A DNA stretch of 64,000 nucleotides. It comes from Candidatus Wolfebacteria bacterium (GTDB lineage: Bacteria > Patescibacteriota > Minisyncoccia > UBA6257 > UBA9933). The stretch is from NCBI GenBank assembly GCA_024654025.1, contig JANLIR010000002.1, positions 21,885 to 85,884 of the forward strand. Reading direction: 5' to 3'. The notes below the pieces were generated by a model. It saw only the letters and a program-made list of their open reading frames with translations, searched no databases and was not told the DNA's origin. Positions 39,361 through 48,485 of the stretch are shown here, in pieces; position 1 is the first letter of the stretch; every line of letters starts with the position of its first letter. Position numbers and translations under genes: made by a program.

Positions 39361-40851
39361 TTACTCCAAAAGCTTCCTTTTGAGAATAATTTGGCTCATT
39401 TTCCGGATATGCTCCGCCGTTGTTTTCCCGAATTTCGCGTGAATCATATTAAGATAAGACGCGCTTGAAAAATACTTCTGAAACGCCTTGTCCCGAAATC
39501 GCAGAACTTCCGCAGCTGAAAGCTTGTCTGTCGGAAGAGGCAAACATTCGTAAGCATGCTGTGAATACCCAATCCACCCAGGACCACCCTCATCATCCGG
39601 CAAAGGTAATTTACCTTTAGCGGCACGGTACAAAGCCGAACCCGGATAAGCCATGGCGCAATAGAAATTCGCCCATTCGGCGTTTATTTCTAAAGCTAGA
39701 TCAAGGGTTTCTTGCATTGAATCTAAAGTATCGTCCGGTAAGCCGAAGATATAGTTCGCCCCCACATAAATATCAGCTTTCTGTATTTTTCTGGCAACTT
39801 TAATCACATCTTCATTGCTAAATTTCTTTCGGGCGCTATTTCTTACGTGTTTACTTCCTGATTCAATTCCTAAAGCCAACCATCTGAAACCAGCCTTCCT
39901 TAACCGCTCAAGAAATTTATCCTTGATTGTATCCACGCGAGCGTAAGCCCAAATATTCAAATCGTAACCGCGTTCAATAATCCTGTCGCAAATGCCCAAT
40001 ACGTGCGCCTCGTTTAAAACGAACATCTCATCAACGATTTTTATATTTCGCACACCGTACCTGTTGACGAGAATATCAATTTCCTTAATCACGCGGTCTG
40101 GAGAAAACATCCGATAAGACGACTTGCCGAATGGCGCGTTGATGCAGCAGAAAATGCACGAAAACGGGCACCCGAAGGAAGTGTAAATCGCCGCGTAGGG
40201 TTTTCTCTTACCGACATTCTCAAAACAATGCCAGTTGTGCGCCCGATAATTACCCATCGGCAAAAGATCCCACGCCGTGATATCAAATTCCTCATCAAGA
40301 TCATTAATGAGAGGCGCAGTTTTTTTTGAACGCGCGATATGCCCTGCTGAGTCGCGATACCATAAATTACTAACCTTACTAAAATCGCTTGAGACAGACC
40401 TGAACGCAAGCAACGTCTCATAGATAGTAACTGGGCCTTCTCCCTCGCACACGAAATCAACACATTCCTCATTCAAAGTCCTTTCAGGAAGCGCGGAAGG
40501 ATGGGTCCCCACCATCATGATTTTGCACTCCGGCATCTCTACCTTAATCGCTCTGCACACCTCGCTGGCTGCAGGCATATTTTGAGTTGACGCCGACGGC
40601 TGATGGCCTTGAACCACCACAACAATCAAAACCGGCTTACACTTTTCAATAGCTTTTAATACGTCTTTTACTTCCATGCCCATTCCAGGCATATCGGCTA
40701 TCAGCGCGCTGCAATTTTTCAGTCGAAGATAATTCGCAAATAGGCCCGCCAGCGCGGGCGGCTCTATCGCGGAAAAATCCTCACCCAATTTCTGAAAAAC
40801 AGCTTTGGGATTACCAGGCACAATAAACAACACATCCACCAATGATTTCAT
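39361..40851 (-). CDS. B12-binding radical SAM enzyme
   Basis: AIEPP, GTHPSALP, GEG, SFGCPFSCIFC, LGIESGS. Confidence 0.9.
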   Translation of the reverse strand: MKSLVDVLFIVPGNPKAVFQKLGEDFSAIEPPALAGLFANYLRLKNCSALIADMPGMGMEVKDVLKAIEKCKPVLIVVVVQGHQPSASTQNMPAASEVCRAIKVEMPECKIMMVGTHPSALPERTLNEECVDFVCEGEGPVTIYETLLAFRSVSSDFSKVSNLWYRDSAGHIARSKKTAPLINDLDEEFDITAWDLLPMGNYRAHNWHCFENVGKRKPYAAIYTSFGCPFSCIFCCINAPFGKSSYRMFSPDRVIKEIDILVNRYGVRNIKIVDEMFVLNEAHVLGICDRIIERGYDLNIWAYARVDTIKDKFLERLRKAGFRWLALGIESGSKHVRNSARKKFSNEDVIKVARKIQKADIYVGANYIFGLPDDTLDSMQETLDLALEINAEWANFYCAMAYPGSALYRAAKGKLPLPDDEGGPGWIGYSQHAYECLPLPTDKLSAAEVLRFRDKAFQKYFSSASYLNMIHAKFGKTTAEHIRKMSQIILKRKLLE

Positions 40852-40945
40852 AACTCCCCCTATCTTTCTGTATTATTTTTTTGGGAAATCTACTAACGAA
40901 ACTATATAGCTCTAAAGTATTTGAAGTCAAGTAAAAAATAAGCGT

Positions 40946-41380
40946 TTATAAGCGCTTATTTTTTATAACTGTTTTTATTTTCCCAATAATTTTGCCAATC
41001 TCTTGTTTCGATAAAATCTTTCTTTCCTTTCTGTAATTATCTATATCTCCCAACAAAACTTTCGGAATAATATGGAAATGAAAATGCTTTATGCTTTTAC
41101 CGGCGTTATTGCCGTCTCTCCCTAAAATTGAACAATCTTTATAACCAAAAGATTGGAGTATTTTTACGGCTAAGCTCACTAAATCCAACATTTCATCTCG
41201 TTCTTTTTTTCTTAAATCTAAAAAGGACTCAGTATGACGCTTAGGGACAACCAGCAAATGATCCTTATGATAAGGGGCTAACGCGTAAGTTAAAAAAGAA
41301 AACTTCTTTTCAATAATCCTTTCTTGCGGCAAACAAAAAGGGCATTGTTTTGATTTTTTCAGAAAATCGCCGTATAACAC
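40946..41380 (-). CDS. HIT-family protein
   Basis: CPFC, HLLVVPKRH, HFHFHII. Confidence 0.88.
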   Translation of the reverse strand: MLYGDFLKKSKQCPFCLPQERIIEKKFSFLTYALAPYHKDHLLVVPKRHTESFLDLRKKERDEMLDLVSLAVKILQSFGYKDCSILGRDGNNAGKSIKHFHFHIIPKVLLGDIDNYRKERKILSKQEIGKIIGKIKTVIKNKRL

Positions 41381-41385
41381 GTTGT

Positions 41386-42321
41386 TTATAAATTCGAAAA
41401 ATGATTCCTTTTGATAATTTGGTATCCTTTTATTAATTCTTCTATTCCTTCCTGTAAAGAAATTTTGGACTTAAAACCGGTTTTTTCTATTTTTTCATTA
41501 CTAACAATATAATCTCTTTTATCCGGATCCTCTCCAATTTTTGCTTCGGCAAAATAAAAATCGGGGAGTTGTTTTTTTATCTCATTGCATAGTTCCATTT
41601 TGCTCAAGTTAGCGTCGCTCAAGCCCACGTTATACGGTTCATTTTTCATCTTATCGAAATTCTCCATCGCGTGAATGAAAGCGGCCGCCACATCGCGAAC
41701 ATGAATATAATTCCTCTTAAAATGGGCCTCAAAAAGAACCACAAAACGGTCGGTTACTGCCCTATAAACAAAATCATTTACGAGTAAGTCCAAACGCATA
41801 CGCGGGCTAACGCCAAATACAGTCGCTAATCTAAGAGTAATGCTGTTCCCCGCTTCAAGAAGCGCTTTCTCGGCTTCTACTTTTAGTTTCCCATATAAAG
41901 AAATCGGGTTAAGAGGCGTAGTTTCATCGCAATATGCGTCTTTCTGGCCTATGCCATAACCGCTGTTAGTATTGGGATAAATAATTTTCTGGCCTTTTTC
42001 CCGAAGCTCTAAAATCATCTTTATGGCGTCTAAATTAATGCTTTTTGCGGCCAGCGGGTCTCTATCGCAAGCCAGAGCGCCAACAATACAGGCTAAAGGA
42101 ATGATAAATTCCGCTCCTTTTATATGTTCAGAAATCAATTCGCGGCTTCTTGCGTCTCCACGGATTATTTTCAAATTCTTGTCATTACAAACATCCAACA
42201 ATGACATTTGGTCATAAAAAAAATTATCAATCGCCGTAACTTCATGTCCGCGCTTAAGAAGCTCCGGAGTTAAAATCGAACCTATGTATCCGGCAGCGCC
42301 GGTTATTAATACTTTTGACAT
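41386..42321 (-). CDS. NAD-dependent epimerase/dehydratase
   Basis: TGAAGYIG, YGKLK, RLATVFG.SPRMRLDL. Confidence 0.87.
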   Translation of the reverse strand: MSKVLITGAAGYIGSILTPELLKRGHEVTAIDNFFYDQMSLLDVCNDKNLKIIRGDARSRELISEHIKGAEFIIPLACIVGALACDRDPLAAKSINLDAIKMILELREKGQKIIYPNTNSGYGIGQKDAYCDETTPLNPISLYGKLKVEAEKALLEAGNSITLRLATVFGVSPRMRLDLLVNDFVYRAVTDRFVVLFEAHFKRNYIHVRDVAAAFIHAMENFDKMKNEPYNVGLSDANLSKMELCNEIKKQLPDFYFAEAKIGEDPDKRDYIVSNEKIEKTGFKSKISLQEGIEELIKGYQIIKRNHFSNL

Positions 42322-42322
42322 A

Positions 42323-43495
42323 TTATTTTATGCTTTCCAAAACAACGTTTGAAATAAATCTTACATCATTTTCATTAAGGGATGGATTTTGGGGAAGAAA
42401 AAACCCAGTATAATGTATCCTGTCAGCCATAGGAGCGGAAAATTTTCCATAACGCTCAAACCAAAACGGATGAAGCCCTAAATTTCCAGCAGAAAAAATT
42501 CTCGTTTCAATTCCATTATCTTCAAGCGCTTTAACTATCTTTCTCCGTTCTTCTCCGTCTTTCGCCAGCGCTCCAAAATGAATACTGCAAATAATTGATT
42601 CTTTATCGTATTTTTGAGAATAAAAATAATCTCCTAATAATTCTTTATAAAGCGCGTGGTTTTCTCTCCTTCTTTTTATAAGCCATTCTATCTTATCAAC
42701 CTGTCTTATGCCCAAAAATGCGTTTAGATCGGTAGAACGGAGATTAAAACCCGGCTCATAAAACACAAATGGCGAGTGGAAATCATCAATATCGTATTTT
42801 TTAATCAATTCATTGTGAGTTTCTTTATCCAAATCCTTACCCCAACCATGGCTTCTTATTCGCAAAAGAATATCATTAAAAATTTTATTATCAGTTGAAA
42901 CCAGCCCTCCTTCTATAGTTGAAAGCTGATGTCCGAAATAAAGGGAAAAACTGGCCATATCGCCAAAAGTGCCGACTTTTTTGCCCTTGTAAGAAGAGCC
43001 CATTGAAGCACACGCGTCTTCAAGTAAAATAAATCCATATTTTTCCTTAAGCGCCGTAAGCTCATCCATCTTATGTGGCACTCCCAAAACCTGCACCATA
43101 ACAACCGTGCTAGGATTATGTTCTATCAATAATTTTTCTAAATGTTCAAGATCTAAGCCAAAGGTGTCTTTATCCGCTTCACACATTATCGGCTCAAATC
43201 CGAGTTGAATCGCCGGAGCAATTGTTGTCACCCAACCCACGCTCGGGACTATAACTTTTTTATTTTTTAAAACGCCTGAAATAAGAAGCGTATAATACAT
43301 CAACAAATTAGCCGAAGAACCGGAATTGCAAAAAACAGAATACTTTCTGCCAACCCAATCGCTCCATTTTTTTTCAAAAGCGGGAGTGAGCTCTCCTTTT
43401 GTCAGCCGCGGATTAGTTTTCAACCATTCAATCAGCTGATTAATATCTTCTTTATCAATCGTATCTTCGGCAAGATGATATTTTATTTCTTTCAT
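42323..43495 (-). CDS. DegT-family PLP enzyme, ColD-like sugar 3-dehydratase
   Basis: NSGSSANL, LEDAC, SLYFGHQLSTIEGG with His where DegT aminotransferases have the Schiff-base Lys. Confidence 0.8.
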   Translation of the reverse strand: MKEIKYHLAEDTIDKEDINQLIEWLKTNPRLTKGELTPAFEKKWSDWVGRKYSVFCNSGSSANLLMYYTLLISGVLKNKKVIVPSVGWVTTIAPAIQLGFEPIMCEADKDTFGLDLEHLEKLLIEHNPSTVVMVQVLGVPHKMDELTALKEKYGFILLEDACASMGSSYKGKKVGTFGDMASFSLYFGHQLSTIEGGLVSTDNKIFNDILLRIRSHGWGKDLDKETHNELIKKYDIDDFHSPFVFYEPGFNLRSTDLNAFLGIRQVDKIEWLIKRRRENHALYKELLGDYFYSQKYDKESIICSIHFGALAKDGEERRKIVKALEDNGIETRIFSAGNLGLHPFWFERYGKFSAPMADRIHYTGFFLPQNPSLNENDVRFISNVVLESIK

Positions 43496-43506
43496 TTCTT
43501 AAATTC

Positions 43507-44454
43507 CTAAATATTAAATCCTTTAACCGCTTTTATAATCGCTTCTTCGTCCAAATTGAGCAGTTTGTGTAAATAATTTCTGCCTCCCAATTCAAAAGCA
43601 TATTTATCGTCAACGCCCATTCTTTTTAATTTAATATCGGCGTCGTTATCAAGAATTATTTTTGACACTAATCCATCCAATCCGCCGTTATTTATAAATC
43701 CCTCCTCCAAAGTAATGGCATATTTATATTTTTTTAAAGCTTCAAACAAGGATTGTTCATTAGCGGGTTTCAATAAAAATACGTCTATTACGCCCACTCC
43801 GGGCAATTCCTTTGCCGCATTTAAAGCCCGATGCGTCATATAGCCGGTAGAAACCAAACAAACGTTATCCCCTTTTAAAAACTCATAAAATCCTTTTTCA
43901 ATATTCAAATCTTCCGCGCCTTCATAAATTGTCGGCAGCGGTTTACTATCAAATCGCAAATATTTTGGATTTTTATATTTAATCGAATAATCAACGAATT
44001 TTTTTGCCAATACCCAATCGCTCGGAGAAAAAACCGAAAAATTAGGCATCAATCTCATAATACTTAAATCTTCTAACGAGTGGTGGGTTGGTCCGGAAAC
44101 GTCATAGCTTAGTCCAGCCCCTATTCCGATAAGATTAACGTTGTTAGGCCTTATCTGGGAGGAAATAGACAAACTCTGCCTTATCTGCTCAAAAGGCCTC
44201 ATTGTTATAAAAGGCGCAATGGCATAAGCATAAACAATATAACCTTCCAGACCCAAACCGACCGCAACATTTATTAAGTTCTGCTCGGCGATTCCAACAT
44301 TTATAAACCGGTCTTTAAAATCTGTTTTTAATTTATCCAGCGCCGGGGCTCCTAAATCCGCCGTAACAAAAAAAATCCGGTCATTTTCTTTCATTTTCTC
44401 GTAAACCGTTTCTATAAATGCGTCCCGCATTGTTTTTGGCTTGTTGTCGCTCAT
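43507..44454 (-). CDS. transketolase-like, C-terminal subunit
   Basis: NVGIAEQN, GPTHH, PKYLR, TLEE. Confidence 0.88.
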   Translation of the reverse strand: MSDNKPKTMRDAFIETVYEKMKENDRIFFVTADLGAPALDKLKTDFKDRFINVGIAEQNLINVAVGLGLEGYIVYAYAIAPFITMRPFEQIRQSLSISSQIRPNNVNLIGIGAGLSYDVSGPTHHSLEDLSIMRLMPNFSVFSPSDWVLAKKFVDYSIKYKNPKYLRFDSKPLPTIYEGAEDLNIEKGFYEFLKGDNVCLVSTGYMTHRALNAAKELPGVGVIDVFLLKPANEQSLFEALKKYKYAITLEEGFINNGGLDGLVSKIILDNDADIKLKRMGVDDKYAFELGGRNYLHKLLNLDEEAIIKAVKGFNI

Positions 44455-45272
44455 TGTAATTGATTAATAGCGGCGATGACTTCTTCCTCATTCAAAGACT
44501 TTACGTGGCACAAAGCGTCGTTTTCCAGTTGAGGAACTCCTTTGCCTTTTATTGTATTGGCAATTAAAACTTTCGGCCGGCTGTTTTTGGCTTCTTTTAA
44601 TTTTTTCAAAGATTCCAGTACCACCGATACATCGTGGCCGTCTATTGTTTCAACGTCCCATTTAAAGGCCCTAAACTTTTCTTCAAGCGGCAATAAATCA
44701 ATAATATTTTTACAATAATCAAGCATGGCTATTTTATTGCTGTCGATAATCAGCACCAAGTTTTCTAATTTATGCTCAGACGCAAACATAACAGCCTCCC
44801 AAACCGCGCCTTCATATAATTCCCCATCTCCCATCAAAACAAAAACCGTTGAATCGGAATTCTTATTTCTTAAAGCGATCGCTGATCCAGAGGCCACTCC
44901 TAATCCATGCCCCAACGCGCCGTTAATAGTTTCATAGCCTGGGATTGTTGTATCGGGAATGCCTCCCAAAAAAGATCCTTCGTGGCAAACTTTTTCTAAT
45001 TCGCTCTTATCAAAAAAACCCAGGTCCGCCAGTATCGGATACAAAGATATAGAGCCGTGGCCTTTGCTGATTATAAATCTGTCCCTTTCCTCCCATCGGG
45101 GATTTTTAGCGTCAAATTTTAAAACTCCTCCATAATACAAGGCCACAAAAATTTCAACGTCTGACAAAGACGAAGCGAGGCGGGTTTCCGGAGCAATTTT
45201 ATGGATATTTAACGTCTCTTTTCTGACCCACAAGGCTTTTTCTTTTAAAGATTCCGGTGAAAAATTAGTCAT
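44451..45272 (-). CDS. transketolase-like, N-terminal TPP-binding subunit
   Basis: DRFIISKGH, GALGHGL, GDGELYEG..WEA, TIKGKG. Confidence 0.88.
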   Translation of the reverse strand: MTNFSPESLKEKALWVRKETLNIHKIAPETRLASSLSDVEIFVALYYGGVLKFDAKNPRWEERDRFIISKGHGSISLYPILADLGFFDKSELEKVCHEGSFLGGIPDTTIPGYETINGALGHGLGVASGSAIALRNKNSDSTVFVLMGDGELYEGAVWEAVMFASEHKLENLVLIIDSNKIAMLDYCKNIIDLLPLEEKFRAFKWDVETIDGHDVSVVLESLKKLKEAKNSRPKVLIANTIKGKGVPQLENDALCHVKSLNEEEVIAAINQLQ

Positions 45273-45314
45273 AAATATTACTATAAATTATCATGATTAC
45301 TCAAATAATCAAAA

Positions 45315-46250
45315 TTAAAGATTACCGTAATTGTCCACAAACCACTTATAGGCCTCTTTCAACCCATCCTCAAAACTAATTTGGTGTTTCCATCCAAGGG
45401 ATTGTAAACGGCTATTGTCTAACATTCTTACCGGCGTTCCGTCGGGCTTACTCGAATCCCATTCGATATATCCTTCAAAACCGACTATTTTTTTAATCAT
45501 TTCGGCTAATTCTTTTATGGAAATATCAGTGCCAATTCCAATGTTAATTATCTCTGACTCGTTATAATTATTCATCAAAAACACGCAAGCATCGGCCAAA
45601 TCATCAACATAAAGAAACTCTCTTCTAGGAGCGCCGGTTCCCCATAATAGAACCTTTTCCGAATTACTAACCTTCGCCTCGTAAAATTTTCTTATTAATG
45701 CCGGCAGAACATGGGAATTATTTAAATCAAAATTATCATTAGGACCGTATAAATTAGTCGGCATTACAGAAATAAAATTAGTGCCGTATTGCTTATTATA
45801 ACTTTGGCACATTTTAATGCCAGCGATTTTAGCAATTGCGTAAGCATCATTAGTCGGCTCCAAATATCCAGAAAGCAGATATTCCTCCTTTATCGGCTGA
45901 GGACAATTTTTTGGATAAACACAGGCAGATCCTAAAAATAAAAGTTTTTTCACTCCGCTCAAATAACAATTATGTATAATATTGTTTTGAATGGTTAAAT
46001 TCTCATATATAAAATCAGCGGAATAAGTATTATTAGCCAAAATTCCACCTACTTTGGCCGCTGCGTCAAAAACATATTCCGGTTTTTCTTCTTTAAAAAA
46101 ATCAGCCACTTTACTAACGTCAAGTAAATTAAGCTCTTCACGGGTTTTAAACACTAAATTAGTATAACCCTGGCTTTCCAGCTTTCTTAAAATCGCGGAT
46201 CCAACTAATCCTTTATGGCCGGCAATATAAATTTTAGAGTTCTTTTCCAT
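45315..46250 (-). CDS. fcl: GDP-L-fucose synthase / ColC-like epimerase-reductase
   Basis: [40 protein letters not shown]. Confidence 0.88.
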   Translation of the reverse strand: MEKNSKIYIAGHKGLVGSAILRKLESQGYTNLVFKTREELNLLDVSKVADFFKEEKPEYVFDAAAKVGGILANNTYSADFIYENLTIQNNIIHNCYLSGVKKLLFLGSACVYPKNCPQPIKEEYLLSGYLEPTNDAYAIAKIAGIKMCQSYNKQYGTNFISVMPTNLYGPNDNFDLNNSHVLPALIRKFYEAKVSNSEKVLLWGTGAPRREFLYVDDLADACVFLMNNYNESEIINIGIGTDISIKELAEMIKKIVGFEGYIEWDSSKPDGTPVRMLDNSRLQSLGWKHQISFEDGLKEAYKWFVDNYGNL

Positions 46251-46274
46251 TTTGTATATAAAAATAGGTAAAAT

Positions 46275-46874
46275 CTACTCCAAAATACCGTCCAGATTGA
46301 CGTCATAGAGGATTTCGTCTTGGACTAAACGGTAAGAAATGATTTCGTTTGGCAAAAACCAATGATTAACTTCCATTTCCGCTTCTTCAACCGAACCGGA
46401 AGCGTGAACCAAATTCCTTATTGACCTGTTGTCGCTATCAGCCATTTCATAAGAATCCAAGACATAATCTCCTCTGATAGTTCCCACATCCGAAGACAAC
46501 GGCTCGGTTCCGCCAACTAATTTTCTGACTATTTTTACCGCGTGCGCGCCTTCCCAAACTATTGCAATCAAAGGCCCAGAAGACATAAATTTCACTAGTC
46601 CGTCTAAAACCGGCTGAGAAATTTCAATTGGATCTTCTGATGGCGGGCTTTGGCCTTTTTCCTTATAGCTTTTTATTGTTTTTTCTCCCACATTTTTTCG
46701 CCACTGGGAATCAAGTGTGTAGTGTTTTTCAATATGATCGCCGCTTGCCACCATCATCTTCATTGCCACTAATTTCAATCCGATCCGCTCAAATCGCTGT
46801 ATTATTTCTCCAATTAGTGTTCTCTGAACAGCGTCGGGCTTAATTAGAACTAATGTACGCTCCTTCTTGTTCAT
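46275..46874 (-). CDS. ndk: nucleoside diphosphate kinase
   Basis: ERTLVLIKPDAVQR, GTIRGD, RNLVHAS. Confidence 0.93.
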   Translation of the reverse strand: MNKKERTLVLIKPDAVQRTLIGEIIQRFERIGLKLVAMKMMVASGDHIEKHYTLDSQWRKNVGEKTIKSYKEKGQSPPSEDPIEISQPVLDGLVKFMSSGPLIAIVWEGAHAVKIVRKLVGGTEPLSSDVGTIRGDYVLDSYEMADSDNRSIRNLVHASGSVEEAEMEVNHWFLPNEIISYRLVQDEILYDVNLDGILE

Positions 46875-46899
46875 AGTTTTATAAATTTTAAATTAAAAA

Positions 46900-46980
46900 T
46901 TATTTTTTATGTTTTTCTATTTTAAGACCCAATTCTTTAAGTTGTTTCTCCTCAACTTCCGAAGGCGCTTCCCCCGTCAG
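46900..46980 (-). pseudogene. relic duplicate 3' end of aspS
   Basis: Translates LTGEAPSEVEEKQLKELGLKIEKHKK*, matching the AspS end LMMQAPSVVDKQQLDELGIKIKNK; out of frame with aspS and preceded by TAG. Confidence 0.75.
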
Positions 46981-46993
46981 TATAAGCTAACGC

Positions 46994-48466
46994 TTAACTA
47001 CGAGACTGCTCTTTATTAATAAGCTGTTCTTTGTTTTTTATTTTTATACCTAATTCATCTAACTGTTGTTTGTCTACTACTGATGGCGCTTGCATCATTA
47101 AATCCCTGCCGTCGCCGGTTTTTGGAAACGCCATTACTTCTCTGATATTTGGTTCGTTGAATAAAATAGCAAATATTCTGTCTAGGCCTAAAGCAATTCC
47201 GCCGTGGGGCGGAGCGCCGTATTTAAACGCTTCCAGCATATGGCCGAAATTAGCTTGAATTTTTTCTATCGGATAACCCAAAATTTCAAAAACTTTTTCC
47301 AATGCCTCGGACTTATGATTTCTAATGCTTCCGCCGCCAATTTCAAATCCATTTAAAACCACGTCATATTGCGTAGTTAAAATGTCGCCAATATTTTTTT
47401 TATTCATCAAATCATCCATATGCTCAGGAATTGGAGCGGAAAAAGGATTATGAGTAAAAGTCCAGCCAGTCGGACCACTATGCGACCCTTCGACAAGCTC
47501 AGGGCGAGCTTCATTGTTATCAACAACTCGCTCGAAAAACGGGAAATCAACTACCCAGCAAAATGCCAGTTCGTTTGGGTCATTTTTATCCTTTCTCAAA
47601 TCAGGGCGGTCGGTTCCGTAATTATCAACGGCTTCTTTATAAGAAAACCGCGGGAATGGAATTTGCTGGACTTTTTTATCCGGATAAAGATTTTTTACCG
47701 TCTCAATAAGCATTGATTCAATAACCTCCATCACGTCTTCTCTTTTAACAAAACTCATTTCCAAATCAAGCTGAGTAAACTCCGGCTGGCGGTCTCCGCG
47801 CGAATCTTCGTCTCTAAAACATTTGGCAACTTGAAAATACCTTTCAAAAGCTGAGACCATTAACAGCTGTTTATATTGCTGGGGCGACTGTGGCAAAGCG
47901 TAAAACTTGCCCGGCTGAAGCCGTGACGGTACCAGATAATCCCTTGCTCCTTCCGGAGTTGATTTGCTGATAACCGGAGTTTCAATTTCCACAAAATCTT
48001 TTTTAACCAAAAAATCCCTGAAAAAATTGATTATTTTCGCCCGATTTTTTAAATTTGAATTTAGCCGCGGCCTTCTTAAATCAAGGTAACGGTATTTCAT
48101 TCTCACATCTTCGCCGATATCGCGTCCGTCGGAATAAACATCTATGGGCAAATTTTCCGCTTCGTTTAAAATTTCTAAAGACTCAACTTGCACCTCCAAA
48201 AGACCGGTTTCCATTTCCGGATTTTCCATTCCTTTTGGCCTTTTTGCAATTTTACCTGAAACTTTTATAACCCACTCGGAGCGAAGCTTGTTCGCTAATT
48301 CATAAACCTCTTTATTGCTGGGCACAAAAACAAGTTGGGCCAATCCGCTTCTATCTCTTAAATCTATAAAAATTATTTTGCCGTGGTCTCGGCGAACCGC
48401 GACCCAACCCATTAATTCAATTATTTCGCCTTCTTTATTTAAAATTTCTTTAACTAATGTACGCAT
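46994..48466 (-). CDS. aspS: aspartate--tRNA(Asp/Asn) ligase, short form without GAD domain
   Basis: RRDHGKIIFIDLRD, YRYLDLRR, STPEGARDY, PQSPQ, FRDED, PPHGGIALGLDR; His in DHG suggests non-discriminating type. Confidence 0.96.
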   Translation of the reverse strand: MRTLVKEILNKEGEIIELMGWVAVRRDHGKIIFIDLRDRSGLAQLVFVPSNKEVYELANKLRSEWVIKVSGKIAKRPKGMENPEMETGLLEVQVESLEILNEAENLPIDVYSDGRDIGEDVRMKYRYLDLRRPRLNSNLKNRAKIINFFRDFLVKKDFVEIETPVISKSTPEGARDYLVPSRLQPGKFYALPQSPQQYKQLLMVSAFERYFQVAKCFRDEDSRGDRQPEFTQLDLEMSFVKREDVMEVIESMLIETVKNLYPDKKVQQIPFPRFSYKEAVDNYGTDRPDLRKDKNDPNELAFCWVVDFPFFERVVDNNEARPELVEGSHSGPTGWTFTHNPFSAPIPEHMDDLMNKKNIGDILTTQYDVVLNGFEIGGGSIRNHKSEALEKVFEILGYPIEKIQANFGHMLEAFKYGAPPHGGIALGLDRIFAILFNEPNIREVMAFPKTGDGRDLMMQAPSVVDKQQLDELGIKIKNKEQLINKEQSRS

Positions 48467-48485
48467 ACCCCGTAGTAGTAGAAAA

